Made by a program: the position numbers and the translations under genes. Under the pieces are notes generated by a model. The model made no database searches. It had not been told where the DNA came from and saw only the letters and a program-made list of their open reading frames with translations. DNA of 64,000 nt from an uncultured Acidimicrobiales bacterium (GTDB lineage: Bacteria > Actinomycetota > Acidimicrobiia > Acidimicrobiales > SZUA-35): assembly GCA_937925335.1 (NCBI GenBank), contig CALEWY010000012.1, forward strand, positions 14,137 through 78,136, given 5' to 3'. Positions 54,198-63,592 of the stretch are shown in pieces. Each line of letters opens with the position of its first letter. Position 1 is the first letter of the stretch.

Positions 54198-55883
54198 TCA
54201 GCTCGTGCCGGTCAGCTGCTTGTGCTCGGGCGACTGGGCGAAGAACGACATTACTGACGCTCGCGTGTGAGAACCGTCGGCGATGGCTGACGCCCAGAAG
54301 TCACGACCGGAATCCTCTGGCGGGCGACCGAGCACGTTGAGATAAATCGTCGTCACGAAGTCCGCATCGGACACCGAGTCGCCATAGAGCGCTTCGAACT
54401 CAGGACTCGTCGTGAAGAAGGCGGAGACAGGGACAAGTTCGCTCGGATCCGCATCGAGACGATCACGCCAAAACTCGAAACCTTCGGTTTCAGGCAGACG
54501 ACCAAAGGTCGCGACATAGAAGCGCACGACAGTTCCTTCGTTGCCGGAAACCCCGGCATAGGTGCCAGCGATCCCCCAATCAGCGGCGACCGTTGCCGTC
54601 TGGGTTGATGTATTACCTGATGCATCAACACCGGTCACGACGATCACCGCTGGCGAGTTGGCCGACGTGGGGATCGCTGCACCCGAGTTGTAGGTAGCAC
54701 CGTTGAGCGTGGCTGTGCAAGATGCGAGTGCGCCATCGGTGCACGAGAACGTGGCCGAGGAACGAGCTCCGAATCGGGGAGCTGAGGCTGGAGCATCGAG
54801 CGTTACAACCGGTGCGACCGGATCGGCGATCAAGCGGACAGCTCTGGACTCTGTCACCAACAGGCCGCCATCATCGAGCACAAGCATGTGCCGTGGGTTG
54901 CTGAACCCTGCCTCCAGTAGCGGGCCACCGTCACCGCCGGATGCTCCACCATCGCCAGCGAGCCGCTCGATCACACCGTCAGCCCCAACACGACGAATCA
55001 CATCAGTGCTCTCGTCGCTGATGTAGAGGTTGCCAACGTCATCGACCGCGATGCCTTTCACGTCACCGAACTCGGCATCCGTCGCCGGGCCACCGTCGCC
55101 GCCCGACCCTCGCGTCCCCGTCCCAGCGACCGTGGAGATAATGCCAGAGCTGGTGATCATGCGAACTCGACGGTTGAAGAACTCGTAGACGTAGAGATTG
55201 TCCTCGTCGTCGATCGACATCGCTCGTGGACCGGACATCTCTGCGGCTGTTGCTGGGCCACCGTCACCGCTGAACCCCCCGCTATTCGTGCCAGCAATCG
55301 TCGAGATGACACCGTCAGGCGAGATGCTCCGGATGTCATTTGAGGAGAAGTTGGAAACGTAGAGATTGCCTGCTGAATCGAACACAACGTCGTGAGGTAA
55401 TGCCAGCTCAGCATCGGTCGCCGGGCCACCGTCGCCGCTCGACCCTCGCGTCCCCGTCCCAGCGACCGTGGAGATGATGCCGCTCGCATCCACCCTCCGG
55501 ATGCGTTCGTTTGAGGAATCGGCGATATAGAGCGCTCCCGACGAGTCGACCGCCAAACCTCGTGGATCATTCAACTGCGCTGAGGTCGCCTGGCCACCGT
55601 CACCGCTGAACCCGCGCGTGCCATCACCGGCGACGATCACGATCGCACCCTGTGGCGTGACCTTCTTGACGACGCCGTCACCGATCTCCGCAAAGTAGAC
55701 GTTTCCTTCGGCGTCGACAGCGACGCCAAAGGCGTCGGACAGTCCGAAAGCGACACTCGAGATCTCATTCTCTTCGTTGTCCGGCGCTGGACCGGTGGCC
55801 GCACCTCCTGGACTCGCAGTGCTCAGCAGTATTGCGAGGACGGACGCGATGATGAAAGAACGAGAAGTCGGTGGGCGACGCAT
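54198..55883 (-). CDS. secreted NHL-repeat beta-propeller protein with Ig-like and DUF4214 C-terminal domains
   Basis: The start is taken at MRRPPTSRSFIIASVLAILL (signal peptide). It has at least 6 units of G.G..G(F)SGDGGPAT.A.L..P.G...D..GN(L)Y(I/V). The C-terminus has FGR.PE..G..FW repeats. Confidence 0.8.
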   Translation of the reverse strand: MRRPPTSRSFIIASVLAILLSTASPGGAATGPAPDNEENEISSVAFGLSDAFGVAVDAEGNVYFAEIGDGVVKKVTPQGAIVIVAGDGTRGFSGDGGQATSAQLNDPRGLAVDSSGALYIADSSNERIRRVDASGIISTVAGTGTRGSSGDGGPATDAELALPHDVVFDSAGNLYVSNFSSNDIRSISPDGVISTIAGTNSGGFSGDGGPATAAEMSGPRAMSIDDEDNLYVYEFFNRRVRMITSSGIISTVAGTGTRGSGGDGGPATDAEFGDVKGIAVDDVGNLYISDESTDVIRRVGADGVIERLAGDGGASGGDGGPLLEAGFSNPRHMLVLDDGGLLVTESRAVRLIADPVAPVVTLDAPASAPRFGARSSATFSCTDGALASCTATLNGATYNSGAAIPTSANSPAVIVVTGVDASGNTSTQTATVAADWGIAGTYAGVSGNEGTVVRFYVATFGRLPETEGFEFWRDRLDADPSELVPVSAFFTTSPEFEALYGDSVSDADFVTTIYLNVLGRPPEDSGRDFWASAIADGSHTRASVMSFFAQSPEHKQLTGTS

Positions 55884-55991
55884 GACAGCACCCTTGCAGC
55901 CCCTGGAGCATCGAACGCGGACCAAAACATCAATTTTGACGCGATCTCGATGTTCGCTGAGATCATCGACAGCGCACTCGACCAATCGTGG

Positions 55992-56108
55992 TCAGTGATG
56001 GTGACGCGGGCCGTCGAGAATCAACTTGTCGCCGACACGGATGAAGCCTCGACCAAACGCTGCCCGAAGATAGGGCTCGCTGAGCATCTCGGCCTGTGCG
56101 CCGCACCT
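55992..56108 (-). pseudogene. 3'-terminal remnant of a znuC-like metal ABC ATPase gene
   Basis: Reverse translation gives CGAQAEMLSEPYLRAAFGRGFIRVGDKLILDGPRHHH*. The intact gene at 60594..61328 ends CGTPAEVLTETHLRAAFGRGFIRVGDKLILDDPHHHH*. Homology stops at the edge of the repeat element. Confidence 0.65.
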
Positions 56109-56204
56109 CCCTGCCGATCGCCCAAGTCGAGAACAGTTCGAACCCCGGCGCTCTGCACAGCGTCGGGGTTCGAGCGTTTTCCGCAGCTTTGTCAGCGAGC
56201 AGCC
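56106..56204. repeat. intergenic repeat element, copy 2 (identical 63-bp core 56120..56182)
   Basis: Character-by-character match to 53981..54043. The flanks are similar (c.tccc..tgccg on the left; cagc...gtcagcgagc.gcc on the right). Confidence 0.9.
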
Positions 56205-56794
56205 ATCCCGTGAACCATGTAGTTCGCAAATTCATCGACCAGAACGTTGACCGGTGTCGCCTTCGTCCCGGTATCGGAGGCGACATCGTCGAGCTTGGGC
56301 GACAGTGAAACGAGACCCTGGATCGACGCCCAGCAAAACGTCGCTGCGGTGTCGATGTCGAGATCCGGATTGAGCTGATCTCGGACCAACTCCATCCCAC
56401 GCTGCAACGCCGCATAGGCCCGGAGACTGTGCTCCATCAAGGCCGGATCGTCGTTGCACACCAGGTCGGACTGAATCATCACGGCAAAGTGACCGGGATT
56501 CTCGAGAGCAACGCGGACGTAGCCCGCTCCGACGGTTCGCAACCGTTGGAGGGCATCGTCGATGTGGTCCCCATCGGCCTCCATCGCATCGGCCAAACGC
56601 TGGAAACCTTCGGCCGCCACCGACGTGAGCAAACCCTCGGCATCGCCGAAGTGATGAGCCGGAGCGGCGTGTGACACGCCCGCTCGGCGAGCGACCTCAC
56701 GCAGGGAAAACCCTGACGGTCCCTTCTCGGCAACCAACTCGGCAGTCGCCGCGCGCAGCGCCGCTGGAAGGTCGCCGTGGTGGTACTTCGTCAC
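56192..56794 (-). CDS. TetR family transcriptional regulator
   Basis: GTG start. HTH segment FSLREVARRAGVSHAAPAHHF. It is divergent from the MMPL transporter. Confidence 0.85.
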   Translation of the reverse strand: MTKYHHGDLPAALRAATAELVAEKGPSGFSLREVARRAGVSHAAPAHHFGDAEGLLTSVAAEGFQRLADAMEADGDHIDDALQRLRTVGAGYVRVALENPGHFAVMIQSDLVCNDDPALMEHSLRAYAALQRGMELVRDQLNPDLDIDTAATFCWASIQGLVSLSPKLDDVASDTGTKATPVNVLVDEFANYMVHGMAAR

Positions 56795-56810
56795 GAGGGG
56801 AGATTATATC

Positions 56811-56865
56811 TTGACACTGTCCAGGTCAATCTTTACGGTGGCAACTTACCAGTGGCAACTTACCA
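56811..56865 (+). promoter_or_regulatory. candidate promoter (TTGACA-17-TACGGT) followed by a 14-bp tandem direct repeat (gtggcaacttacca x2), possible TetR operator
   Basis: Read in the AT-richer TetR/MMPL divergent region. The repeats occupy 56838..56865, overlapping the last two bases of and extending downstream from the putative -10. Confidence 0.35.
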
Positions 56866-56912
56866 CTGCATAGTTCGGCACCCCGGCCGGACCTCGCCCA
56901 AAGGAGTGATCC

Positions 56913-59657
56913 GTGGTCACCGACTTGTTCTCTCGAATCGAACGAAACGCCGGACGAGTATTTGCCGGTTTCGCCATCGTGACGATGCTGCTCGTCGTGC
57001 CATTTCTCACGATGGCCCCAACCGAATCAGCGTCGACGGAACCAACGGGTGACGTCTTTGCCGCGCGTGATCGGGTCGACGATTCCTTCGTCTCGTCAGT
57101 GCGCGCCGGCTTCTACATCGCCGAGTCGACCTCCGGCGATGTGCTCCTCGCCGAACCGCTCCGGTCGATGCTGGCGGCTCACGACGCACTGCGAGTCGAC
57201 CCCGAACTCGGGCCGTCGATGTTCAGCTTCTTCGACGTCGAGACCGGCATCACCATCGATGGCGCCATCAGCCTCGCCGAGCTCGTCGATGCCGAGCTTC
57301 AAGCGCAGGGCAACTCACTCGCAACGGCAACCGATGCCGACGTGAAGTTGGCCGGCGCAACATTGATCGAACGACTCGGCGAGACGAACCAGCTGCTCGG
57401 CATCTCAACACAATCGGCGCTGAACGCCGACGGTGAATGGGTCGTGCCCGCCGTGACCACCATCGTGTTCTCCGACGACAACGTCCTCGGCTTTGGTAAC
57501 ACATCGGTCAACCTCGGCGGCGGGACCGAAGCTGAGGAGTACGACCGCGAGATCCAAGACGCGCTTCGAGCCGCCGACGGCTTCGACATCTACGGCGTGG
57601 CAATCGACGTCAACCTCACGTCACAAGAGCAGGGAGCAGTTGCCGGGCCGTTCATCGGATTCACGATCCTGGCCGTCCTGCTCATCGTCGGCCTCACGTT
57701 CCGCAGCTACTGGGTTCTGGCCACCGTCAGCGTGGCGCTCATCGGTCTGATCATCTGGCTGAAGGGCATCTCGAACCTGCTCGGGCTCAAGGACGACTTG
57801 GTTCTCTCGCTCATCGTGCCGGTCGCGATGATCTCCTTCGGCGTCGACTTCGCCTTCCATTCGATCGGCCGCTACCGAGAGGAGCGGGCAGCCGGCAAAC
57901 GAGCCCGCCCCGCCTACCGCTCGGGTTTGACGGCGGTCTCCGGCGCCCTGTTGTTGGCGCTTGCCTCCGGTGTTGCCGCCTTCATGTCAAATGTCGTGTC
58001 TGGCATCGAATCCATCATCCAGTTCGGCGTCGGAGCCGCGGTCGCCCTCGTCGCCGCCTATCTCCTGCTCGGTGTTGTGTCGCCACTCGTGATCGCCCGC
58101 ATCGAAGCGTCGGTGCCGCCTCCAACACCGGGGCGACGCTCGACGACACTTCGGGTGCTCGGCGCCCTCGGCGTCGCATCACTCACGATGGCATCGGTTC
58201 TCATGTTGGTCTTCGTGCTGCCGTGGGTCGGCGTTGTTCTCGCACTCGTCACCGTCACGCTCGGCCTCATCCTCCCGTTCCTCGTGCAGCGCAGGCGTTC
58301 AACCAGCGCGACCGCTGGCGAAGTGGCGATCCAAGAAGCCGCTTCGTCGCTCGCTGCTCCGCTCGCATCGGTGATCGGCGCCACGGCGAGCCGGCCGTGG
58401 TTCGTGCTGCCTGCGGCACTCGCTCTCTCAGCGGTCGCCGCAGTCTTTGCGGTGCGAGTCCCCGCCGAGTTCGACGTCAACGACTTCTTTGCGCCTGATA
58501 CCGACTTCGTCGTCGGCCTCGATCAACTCGATGCCCACGTCGGTGAACGAGGCGGCGAACCGGCGCTCCTCTATGTCGAAGGTGACCTCACCGATCCGTC
58601 AACGCTGGCCTTGCTTCGTGGGCACGTCGAGGAGATCCGCAACTCCGACACCACCCTTCTCGCTCGAGATGCCCAGGGCGTCATGATCAACGGCGGGATC
58701 TTCTCCGTCTTTGACGCAACGTGGGACTCGCCCGTGATGACATCGATCGTTGCAGAACAGACGGGCGTCGAACTGAGCGACGTCGATGGCGACACGATCC
58801 CCGACACCACCGAGGGAATCGAAGCACTGCTCAGCGTCGCATCGGAGATCGGTGTCCCCCTCGATGTTGATCGGTCGATCCTCACACCGGACGACGTTGC
58901 AACCAGCGTGGCGTTCACCGAAGGGGGGCCAGCGCGCACCTTCTTCGAGTTCGGCCTCGTCAACAGCCGCAGCCAGGAATCGGTGCGAGAAGCACGACAG
59001 TTCCTCGAACCGACGGCGCAAGCAATCAGCACCGACCTCGATGGCAGCTTCGTGCAGGTGACCGGCAGCGCCTTCGTCCGAGAGGCATCGCTCAATGCAA
59101 CGAACGACGCGCTGCAGACCTCGCTGCCGATCGCACTCGTGTTGTGTTTCATCGTCTCGACCCTCTTCCTGCGATCGATTCGATACGGCCTCGCGAGCAT
59201 CGTCCCGATCGTCATGGTCGTGTCGTGGCTCTACGCCTTCATGGAGCTCGCCGGGTACAGCATCAACATCGTGACCGCCACGATCGCCGCCGTGTCGATC
59301 GGCATCGGAATCGACTTCGCCATTCACTTCATCGCTCGCTACGACGAAGAGCTCGCTCGTATGGGCAACCGGATCGCAGCCGTGCGAGCCGCAGGCGAAG
59401 GAACCGGCGTTGCCCTTGTGGCCTCAGCGTTCAGCTCGTCGGTCGGGTTCGGCATTCTGGCCCTGGCTCCGATGCCGCTCTTCGCCGCCTACGGCCTACT
59501 CACTGCATTGATGATTGCCATGGCGCTCACCGCAACCCTGTTGGTGTTGCCGAGCATCCTCGTTCTGATCACCTGCGACGCCGACGTTGATCCGATCGAT
59601 GAGCCGACGCTTGATCTCGACGAGCTGGATTCGCACCGAGCCCCGGTCCTGGCCTGA
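56913..59657 (+). CDS. MMPL/RND superfamily transporter
   Basis: 914 aa with two blocks of 6 TM helices, each preceded by a large extracytoplasmic domain. GTG start after an AAAGGAG SD. Confidence 0.85.
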   Translation: MVTDLFSRIERNAGRVFAGFAIVTMLLVVPFLTMAPTESASTEPTGDVFAARDRVDDSFVSSVRAGFYIAESTSGDVLLAEPLRSMLAAHDALRVDPELGPSMFSFFDVETGITIDGAISLAELVDAELQAQGNSLATATDADVKLAGATLIERLGETNQLLGISTQSALNADGEWVVPAVTTIVFSDDNVLGFGNTSVNLGGGTEAEEYDREIQDALRAADGFDIYGVAIDVNLTSQEQGAVAGPFIGFTILAVLLIVGLTFRSYWVLATVSVALIGLIIWLKGISNLLGLKDDLVLSLIVPVAMISFGVDFAFHSIGRYREERAAGKRARPAYRSGLTAVSGALLLALASGVAAFMSNVVSGIESIIQFGVGAAVALVAAYLLLGVVSPLVIARIEASVPPPTPGRRSTTLRVLGALGVASLTMASVLMLVFVLPWVGVVLALVTVTLGLILPFLVQRRRSTSATAGEVAIQEAASSLAAPLASVIGATASRPWFVLPAALALSAVAAVFAVRVPAEFDVNDFFAPDTDFVVGLDQLDAHVGERGGEPALLYVEGDLTDPSTLALLRGHVEEIRNSDTTLLARDAQGVMINGGIFSVFDATWDSPVMTSIVAEQTGVELSDVDGDTIPDTTEGIEALLSVASEIGVPLDVDRSILTPDDVATSVAFTEGGPARTFFEFGLVNSRSQESVREARQFLEPTAQAISTDLDGSFVQVTGSAFVREASLNATNDALQTSLPIALVLCFIVSTLFLRSIRYGLASIVPIVMVVSWLYAFMELAGYSINIVTATIAAVSIGIGIDFAIHFIARYDEELARMGNRIAAVRAAGEGTGVALVASAFSSSVGFGILALAPMPLFAAYGLLTALMIAMALTATLLVLPSILVLITCDADVDPIDEPTLDLDELDSHRAPVLA

Positions 59658-59755
59658 CAACCAAAAGCGACCTGCGTCGTCACCACGTCGGCAGTGACAC
59701 GGTGGCGACGCACGTCGCAACAGGACACGGTGACGATCCACGTCGGCAGTCAGCG

Positions 59756-60457
59756 TCAACTCGTCTCGCGTGTTGTCTCTCGGTCGGCGGGCACATCGGC
59801 TGAGTCATCTCGTGGGCCAGCACCTCGACCGTCCGCATCGGGAGTCGAGTTCATGAGCGACGCAAAGCTCTCGACCGACCGCGCCACACGATTATCGGCC
59901 TGCTCCTGAGTGAGTTCGCCGACCTTCACAAGTCGGTCAAAGCACTCGGTGTGGATCAGTTCGGCCGCGCCGACCAGGGTGCTCTCCGTATATCCGTAGT
60001 CGGACGAGATCTCGAGGAGCGTCCGCTGCTCAAGCCGCTCGTCAGTCGTCACGTCATGAGGGATGCCGAGAAATTCGTCGCGAGCGATCCGCCAGCTACT
60101 GAGGCGCTCAGCCGCCGACAGCTCGTCGTCGACATACCGACAGTCCGCATCCTCGACCCTGATGGCGACGAGGTCGAGCGGGTCGACGTCTTGCTCCGCC
60201 TCTACTTCCGTACTCGCGATTTCAGCAGCCGAGACCTGCACCGGTTCGGTTGCAGCCGAAGTGGTCCGCTCCGCCAAGTCCTCAGCCGCCAAGTCCTCAG
60301 CTGCCCGATCAGCGCCCCGGCCATCACAGCCGGTGAGACCGATCACCATTGCGGCCGAGGCCACCACGCTCGTGCGAAAAGACACTGAACGAAAAGACAC
60401 TGAACGAATAGGCGCTGAAACAATGGGTGCTGAACGAATGGGCGCTGAACGAGGCAT
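59756..60457 (-). CDS. hypothetical lipoprotein
   Basis: ATG 60457 follows a GGAGA SD. It has a repetitive n-region (SAPIRSAPIVSAPIRSVSFRSVSFR) and lipobox IGLTGC. It lies downstream of znuC on the same strand. Confidence 0.55.
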   Translation of the reverse strand: MPRSAPIRSAPIVSAPIRSVSFRSVSFRTSVVASAAMVIGLTGCDGRGADRAAEDLAAEDLAERTTSAATEPVQVSAAEIASTEVEAEQDVDPLDLVAIRVEDADCRYVDDELSAAERLSSWRIARDEFLGIPHDVTTDERLEQRTLLEISSDYGYTESTLVGAAELIHTECFDRLVKVGELTQEQADNRVARSVESFASLMNSTPDADGRGAGPRDDSADVPADRETTRETS

Positions 60458-60593
60458 CGACGTTCTCCGATTCTTGCGGGATCGAGGTTTGACGATGTCA
60501 TCCTCGGCTCCGCTCGTTAGGGGAGGGTTAGGGCCGAGTTCGGAGCGCGGGACCAATCGCACCGCAGCGCCAACGAGATGGTTCGGCTCTTCG

Positions 60594-61328
60594 TCAGTGG
60601 TGATGATGCGGATCGTCGAGGATCAACTTGTCACCGACCCGAATGAAGCCTCGACCGAATGCGGCTCGAAGATGAGTCTCGGTGAGCACCTCAGCCGGTG
60701 TGCCACAAGCGATGGCTTCGGTGTTCAACAACAGCACTTGGTCACACCGACGAGCGTCGTCGAGCTCGTGCGTGGTCACGATGACCACCTTGCCCGCCTT
60801 CACTTGCTCATCGATCACCTCGAGAATGATCGCCTGCGACGTGAGATCGAGGCCGGTGATGGGCTCATCCAAGAGCAACACGTTGCTGTCTTGGGCAAGA
60901 CCTTGTGCCACCAGAACTCGCTGTCGTTGACCACCGGAAAGTTCGTGCAGCTGGCGTGATGCAAGATCGGCGACGTCGAGCCGTTCGAGGGCGGTCTGCA
61001 CGGCATCTCGATCGACCTGACGGAATCGACCGAGCAACCCGAGCGAGGGGTAACGAGCCAGCGAAACGGTGTCGAGAACCGTGATCGGCAGGCTTGGGTC
61101 GACGTCGGTCGATTGCAGGACAAATGCTGGAGTTGGGCCATCGACGACTGCGGTGCCGCTCGCAGGCTGAATCGTGCCAGCAAGCACGCCAAGAAGTGTT
61201 GACTTGCCCGATCCGTTCGGTCCGATCACGGCGAGCGACGACCCGGCCTGGATGTCGAGATCAACGCCTTGCAGGACGATCGCATCGTCGTATCGCACTT
61301 CGAGAGAGCGCGTAGAGATGATCGACAT
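60594..61328 (-). CDS. znuC: metal (Zn-type) ABC transporter ATP-binding protein
   Basis: Walker A GPNGSGKST, signature LSGGQRQR, Walker B LLLDEP and a C-terminal HHHH tail. Confidence 0.85.
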   Translation of the reverse strand: MSIISTRSLEVRYDDAIVLQGVDLDIQAGSSLAVIGPNGSGKSTLLGVLAGTIQPASGTAVVDGPTPAFVLQSTDVDPSLPITVLDTVSLARYPSLGLLGRFRQVDRDAVQTALERLDVADLASRQLHELSGGQRQRVLVAQGLAQDSNVLLLDEPITGLDLTSQAIILEVIDEQVKAGKVVIVTTHELDDARRCDQVLLLNTEAIACGTPAEVLTETHLRAAFGRGFIRVGDKLILDDPHHHH

Positions 61329-61412
61329 AGCCAGGCCACGCTAACCGCGAACAGGACTGAAACTGATTCTCATTCCGAGTTGTGACCTGCTGGTCCGCGT
61401 GTCTAAGTTGTC

Positions 61413-61442
61413 GAAATGATAATCATTCTCAATAGTGAGAAT
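61413..61442. promoter_or_regulatory. Fur-family (Zur-like) operator: two overlapping perfect palindromes directly upstream of znuA
   Basis: gaAATGATaATCATTctc occupies 61413..61430 (6-1-6 perfect). It matches 15 of 19 positions of the classical Fur box GATAATGATAATCATTATC. ATTCTCAatagTGAGAAT occupies 61425..61442 (7-4-7 perfect). The ATG is at 61445. Confidence 0.55.
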
Positions 61443-61444
61443 CA

Positions 61445-62623
61445 ATGAGAGACCCCAAGACGTACGCCGCTGCACTCTTGGCGGCTGCTGCGATGCTGGC
61501 CAGTGCCTGCGGAACCGAGTCCTCGACCGAAGCCGCCGCAGAACCGGTTGACGGTCCGACGATCGCCGTCTCCACCAACATCATGGGCGACGTGGTGCAG
61601 AACCTCGTGGGTGATGCCGCCAACGTGATCACGATCATGCCCGTTGGCGCTGACCCGCATGACTTCCAACCTTCAGCTCGCCAGATCGCTGAGCTCAACG
61701 ACGCCGATGCCGTGATCGTCAACGGCGGTGGATTCGAAGAGGGCCTGCTCGACATCATCGAAGCAGCCGAAGCTGACGGCACGCCCGTCTTCGAAGCCAT
61801 CTCCGCCATCGACGTTCTCGAGTTCGCCGGTGATGAAGAACACGGCGAGGACCACGGTGACGAACACGGCGAGGACCACGGTGACGAGGACGACGAACAC
61901 GCCGACGAAGAAGACCACGGCGACGAAGACGGCGACCACGCCGACGAAGAAGACCACGGCGACGAAGACGGCGAACATGCCGACGAAGATGACCACGGCG
62001 ACGAACACGCCGACGAAGAGCACGCCGACGAACACGGCGATGACGACCACAAAGAAGACGGCGACGAGCACGCTCACCACGGGCATGACGGCGACGACCC
62101 TCACTTCTTCAGCGATCCGGTGCGAATGGCGACAGCCGTCACCGCCATCAGTGCGTTCTTGATCGCCGACGTCGAAGGCATCGACGCCGACACGGTGCAA
62201 GCCGCGACCGACTCCTACCTTGCCGAGCTGGCAGCCCTCGATGAAGAGATGACCAGCGTGCTCAGCACAATCGACGACGCTGATCGCGTGCTCGTCACCA
62301 ACCACGAGGTGCTCACCTACTTCGCCGACCAGTACGACTTCGAAATCGTCGGCACCGTCATCCCCGGCGGCACCACGATCGACAGCACCAACGCCGAAGC
62401 GCTCGCAGAACTGGCGTCGATCGTTGAGGCGGAGGGCATTCCCGCGGTCTTCTCCGACACCTCAGCATCAAGCGAACTCGCCGAGACGCTGGCCCAAGAG
62501 GCCGGCGGCGTTGCGGTCGTCGAGCTCTATTCAGAGTCGCTCGGTCCTGAGGATTCCGACGGATCGACCTACCTCGACATGATGCTGACCAACGCTGAAC
62601 GTATTGCCGAAGCGCTGAGCTGA
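61445..62623 (+). CDS. znuA: metal ABC transporter substrate-binding lipoprotein (ZnuA/TroA family) with a very long His/Asp/Glu loop
   Basis: Lipobox MLASACG and a cluster-9 SBP core. An insert of about 95 aa reads GDEEHGEDHGDEHGEDHGDEDDEHADEEDHGDEDG...HAHHGHDGDDPHFF. Confidence 0.85.
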   Translation: MRDPKTYAAALLAAAAMLASACGTESSTEAAAEPVDGPTIAVSTNIMGDVVQNLVGDAANVITIMPVGADPHDFQPSARQIAELNDADAVIVNGGGFEEGLLDIIEAAEADGTPVFEAISAIDVLEFAGDEEHGEDHGDEHGEDHGDEDDEHADEEDHGDEDGDHADEEDHGDEDGEHADEDDHGDEHADEEHADEHGDDDHKEDGDEHAHHGHDGDDPHFFSDPVRMATAVTAISAFLIADVEGIDADTVQAATDSYLAELAALDEEMTSVLSTIDDADRVLVTNHEVLTYFADQYDFEIVGTVIPGGTTIDSTNAEALAELASIVEAEGIPAVFSDTSASSELAETLAQEAGGVAVVELYSESLGPEDSDGSTYLDMMLTNAERIAEALS

Positions 62624-62636
62624 GAGGTCCGGACCC

Positions 62637-63482
62637 GTGAGTTTCATCCTCGAGGCGTTTGAGCCCGCATTCATGCAACGAGCCCTCATCGGGAGTCTTG
62701 TCGCGGTGGCCGCCACATCGCTCGTTGGCACGTGGGTCGTGCTTCGTGGTCTCGCGTTTCTTGGCGATGCTCTCGCCCACGGTGTGATCCCCGGCATCGC
62801 CCTTGCTGTGTTGTGGGGGTTCAACCCCATCGTTGGAGCCTTCGTCGCCGCACTGTTGATGAGCGGCATGGTCAGCGTCGTCTCGTCGAGGACCGCGATT
62901 CGCGAAGACACGGCGATCGGCCTGCTCTTCGTTGGCATGTTGTCGCTCGGCATTGTGATCGTCTCGAAGTCACAATCGTTCTCGACCGAGGTGACCTCGT
63001 TGCTCTTCGGCGACGTGCTCGGCGTGACCGTCACCGACATCCGAAACCAAACCATCGCAACCGTCACGGTCGCTCTGGCATCGATCGTTCTTTACCGCCC
63101 GCTGCTCGCGCTCACGTTTAATCGGACGAAGGCGCAGACCCTCGGCATGCGACCAAACCTCGCCCACGCGGCGCTGCTCATCATGCTGGCGCTCAGCATC
63201 GTCGCCAGCTTCCAGGCGATCGGGACACTCCTCGTGTTTGGTCTGCTCGTTGGCCCGCCGGCAACCGCATCGCTCATGGTGCGACGCGTGCCGCTCATCG
63301 CCCTCATCTCGATCGTCCTCGGGTCCGTCTGTGTGGTGGCCGGACTCGTCGTGAGCTTCCACTACGGCACGGCGGGTGGAGCGACGATCGCTGGCTTCAG
63401 CGTGTTGCAGTTCTTCGTCGTCCTCACCGGACACGAGCTGCGCGACGCACTCCGCATCCGCCCACAGGTCCCTGCGACCTAA
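62637..63482 (+). CDS. znuB: metal ABC transporter permease
   Basis: GTG start and 8 or more TM helices. The ABC-3 family pattern is present (LAFLGDALAHGVIPGIA). Confidence 0.85.
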   Translation: MSFILEAFEPAFMQRALIGSLVAVAATSLVGTWVVLRGLAFLGDALAHGVIPGIALAVLWGFNPIVGAFVAALLMSGMVSVVSSRTAIREDTAIGLLFVGMLSLGIVIVSKSQSFSTEVTSLLFGDVLGVTVTDIRNQTIATVTVALASIVLYRPLLALTFNRTKAQTLGMRPNLAHAALLIMLALSIVASFQAIGTLLVFGLLVGPPATASLMVRRVPLIALISIVLGSVCVVAGLVVSFHYGTAGGATIAGFSVLQFFVVLTGHELRDALRIRPQVPAT

Positions 63483-63592
63483 CCCGAGCTCGCACCCGTC
63501 CGAACGCGGTTCGGCTCAACAACCATCCAGAAAACCGGCGTAACCCCCGATACAACCCCCGACCAGCGCCCGAACACAACGGAGAACATCCA

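Noticed and set aside
61429-62305. 207-aa and 210-aa minus-strand ORFs
   Set aside because: They are antisense to znuA. Their Ser/Pro/Trp-rich or Val/Phe-rich repetitive translations simply mirror the His/Asp/Glu repeat tract.
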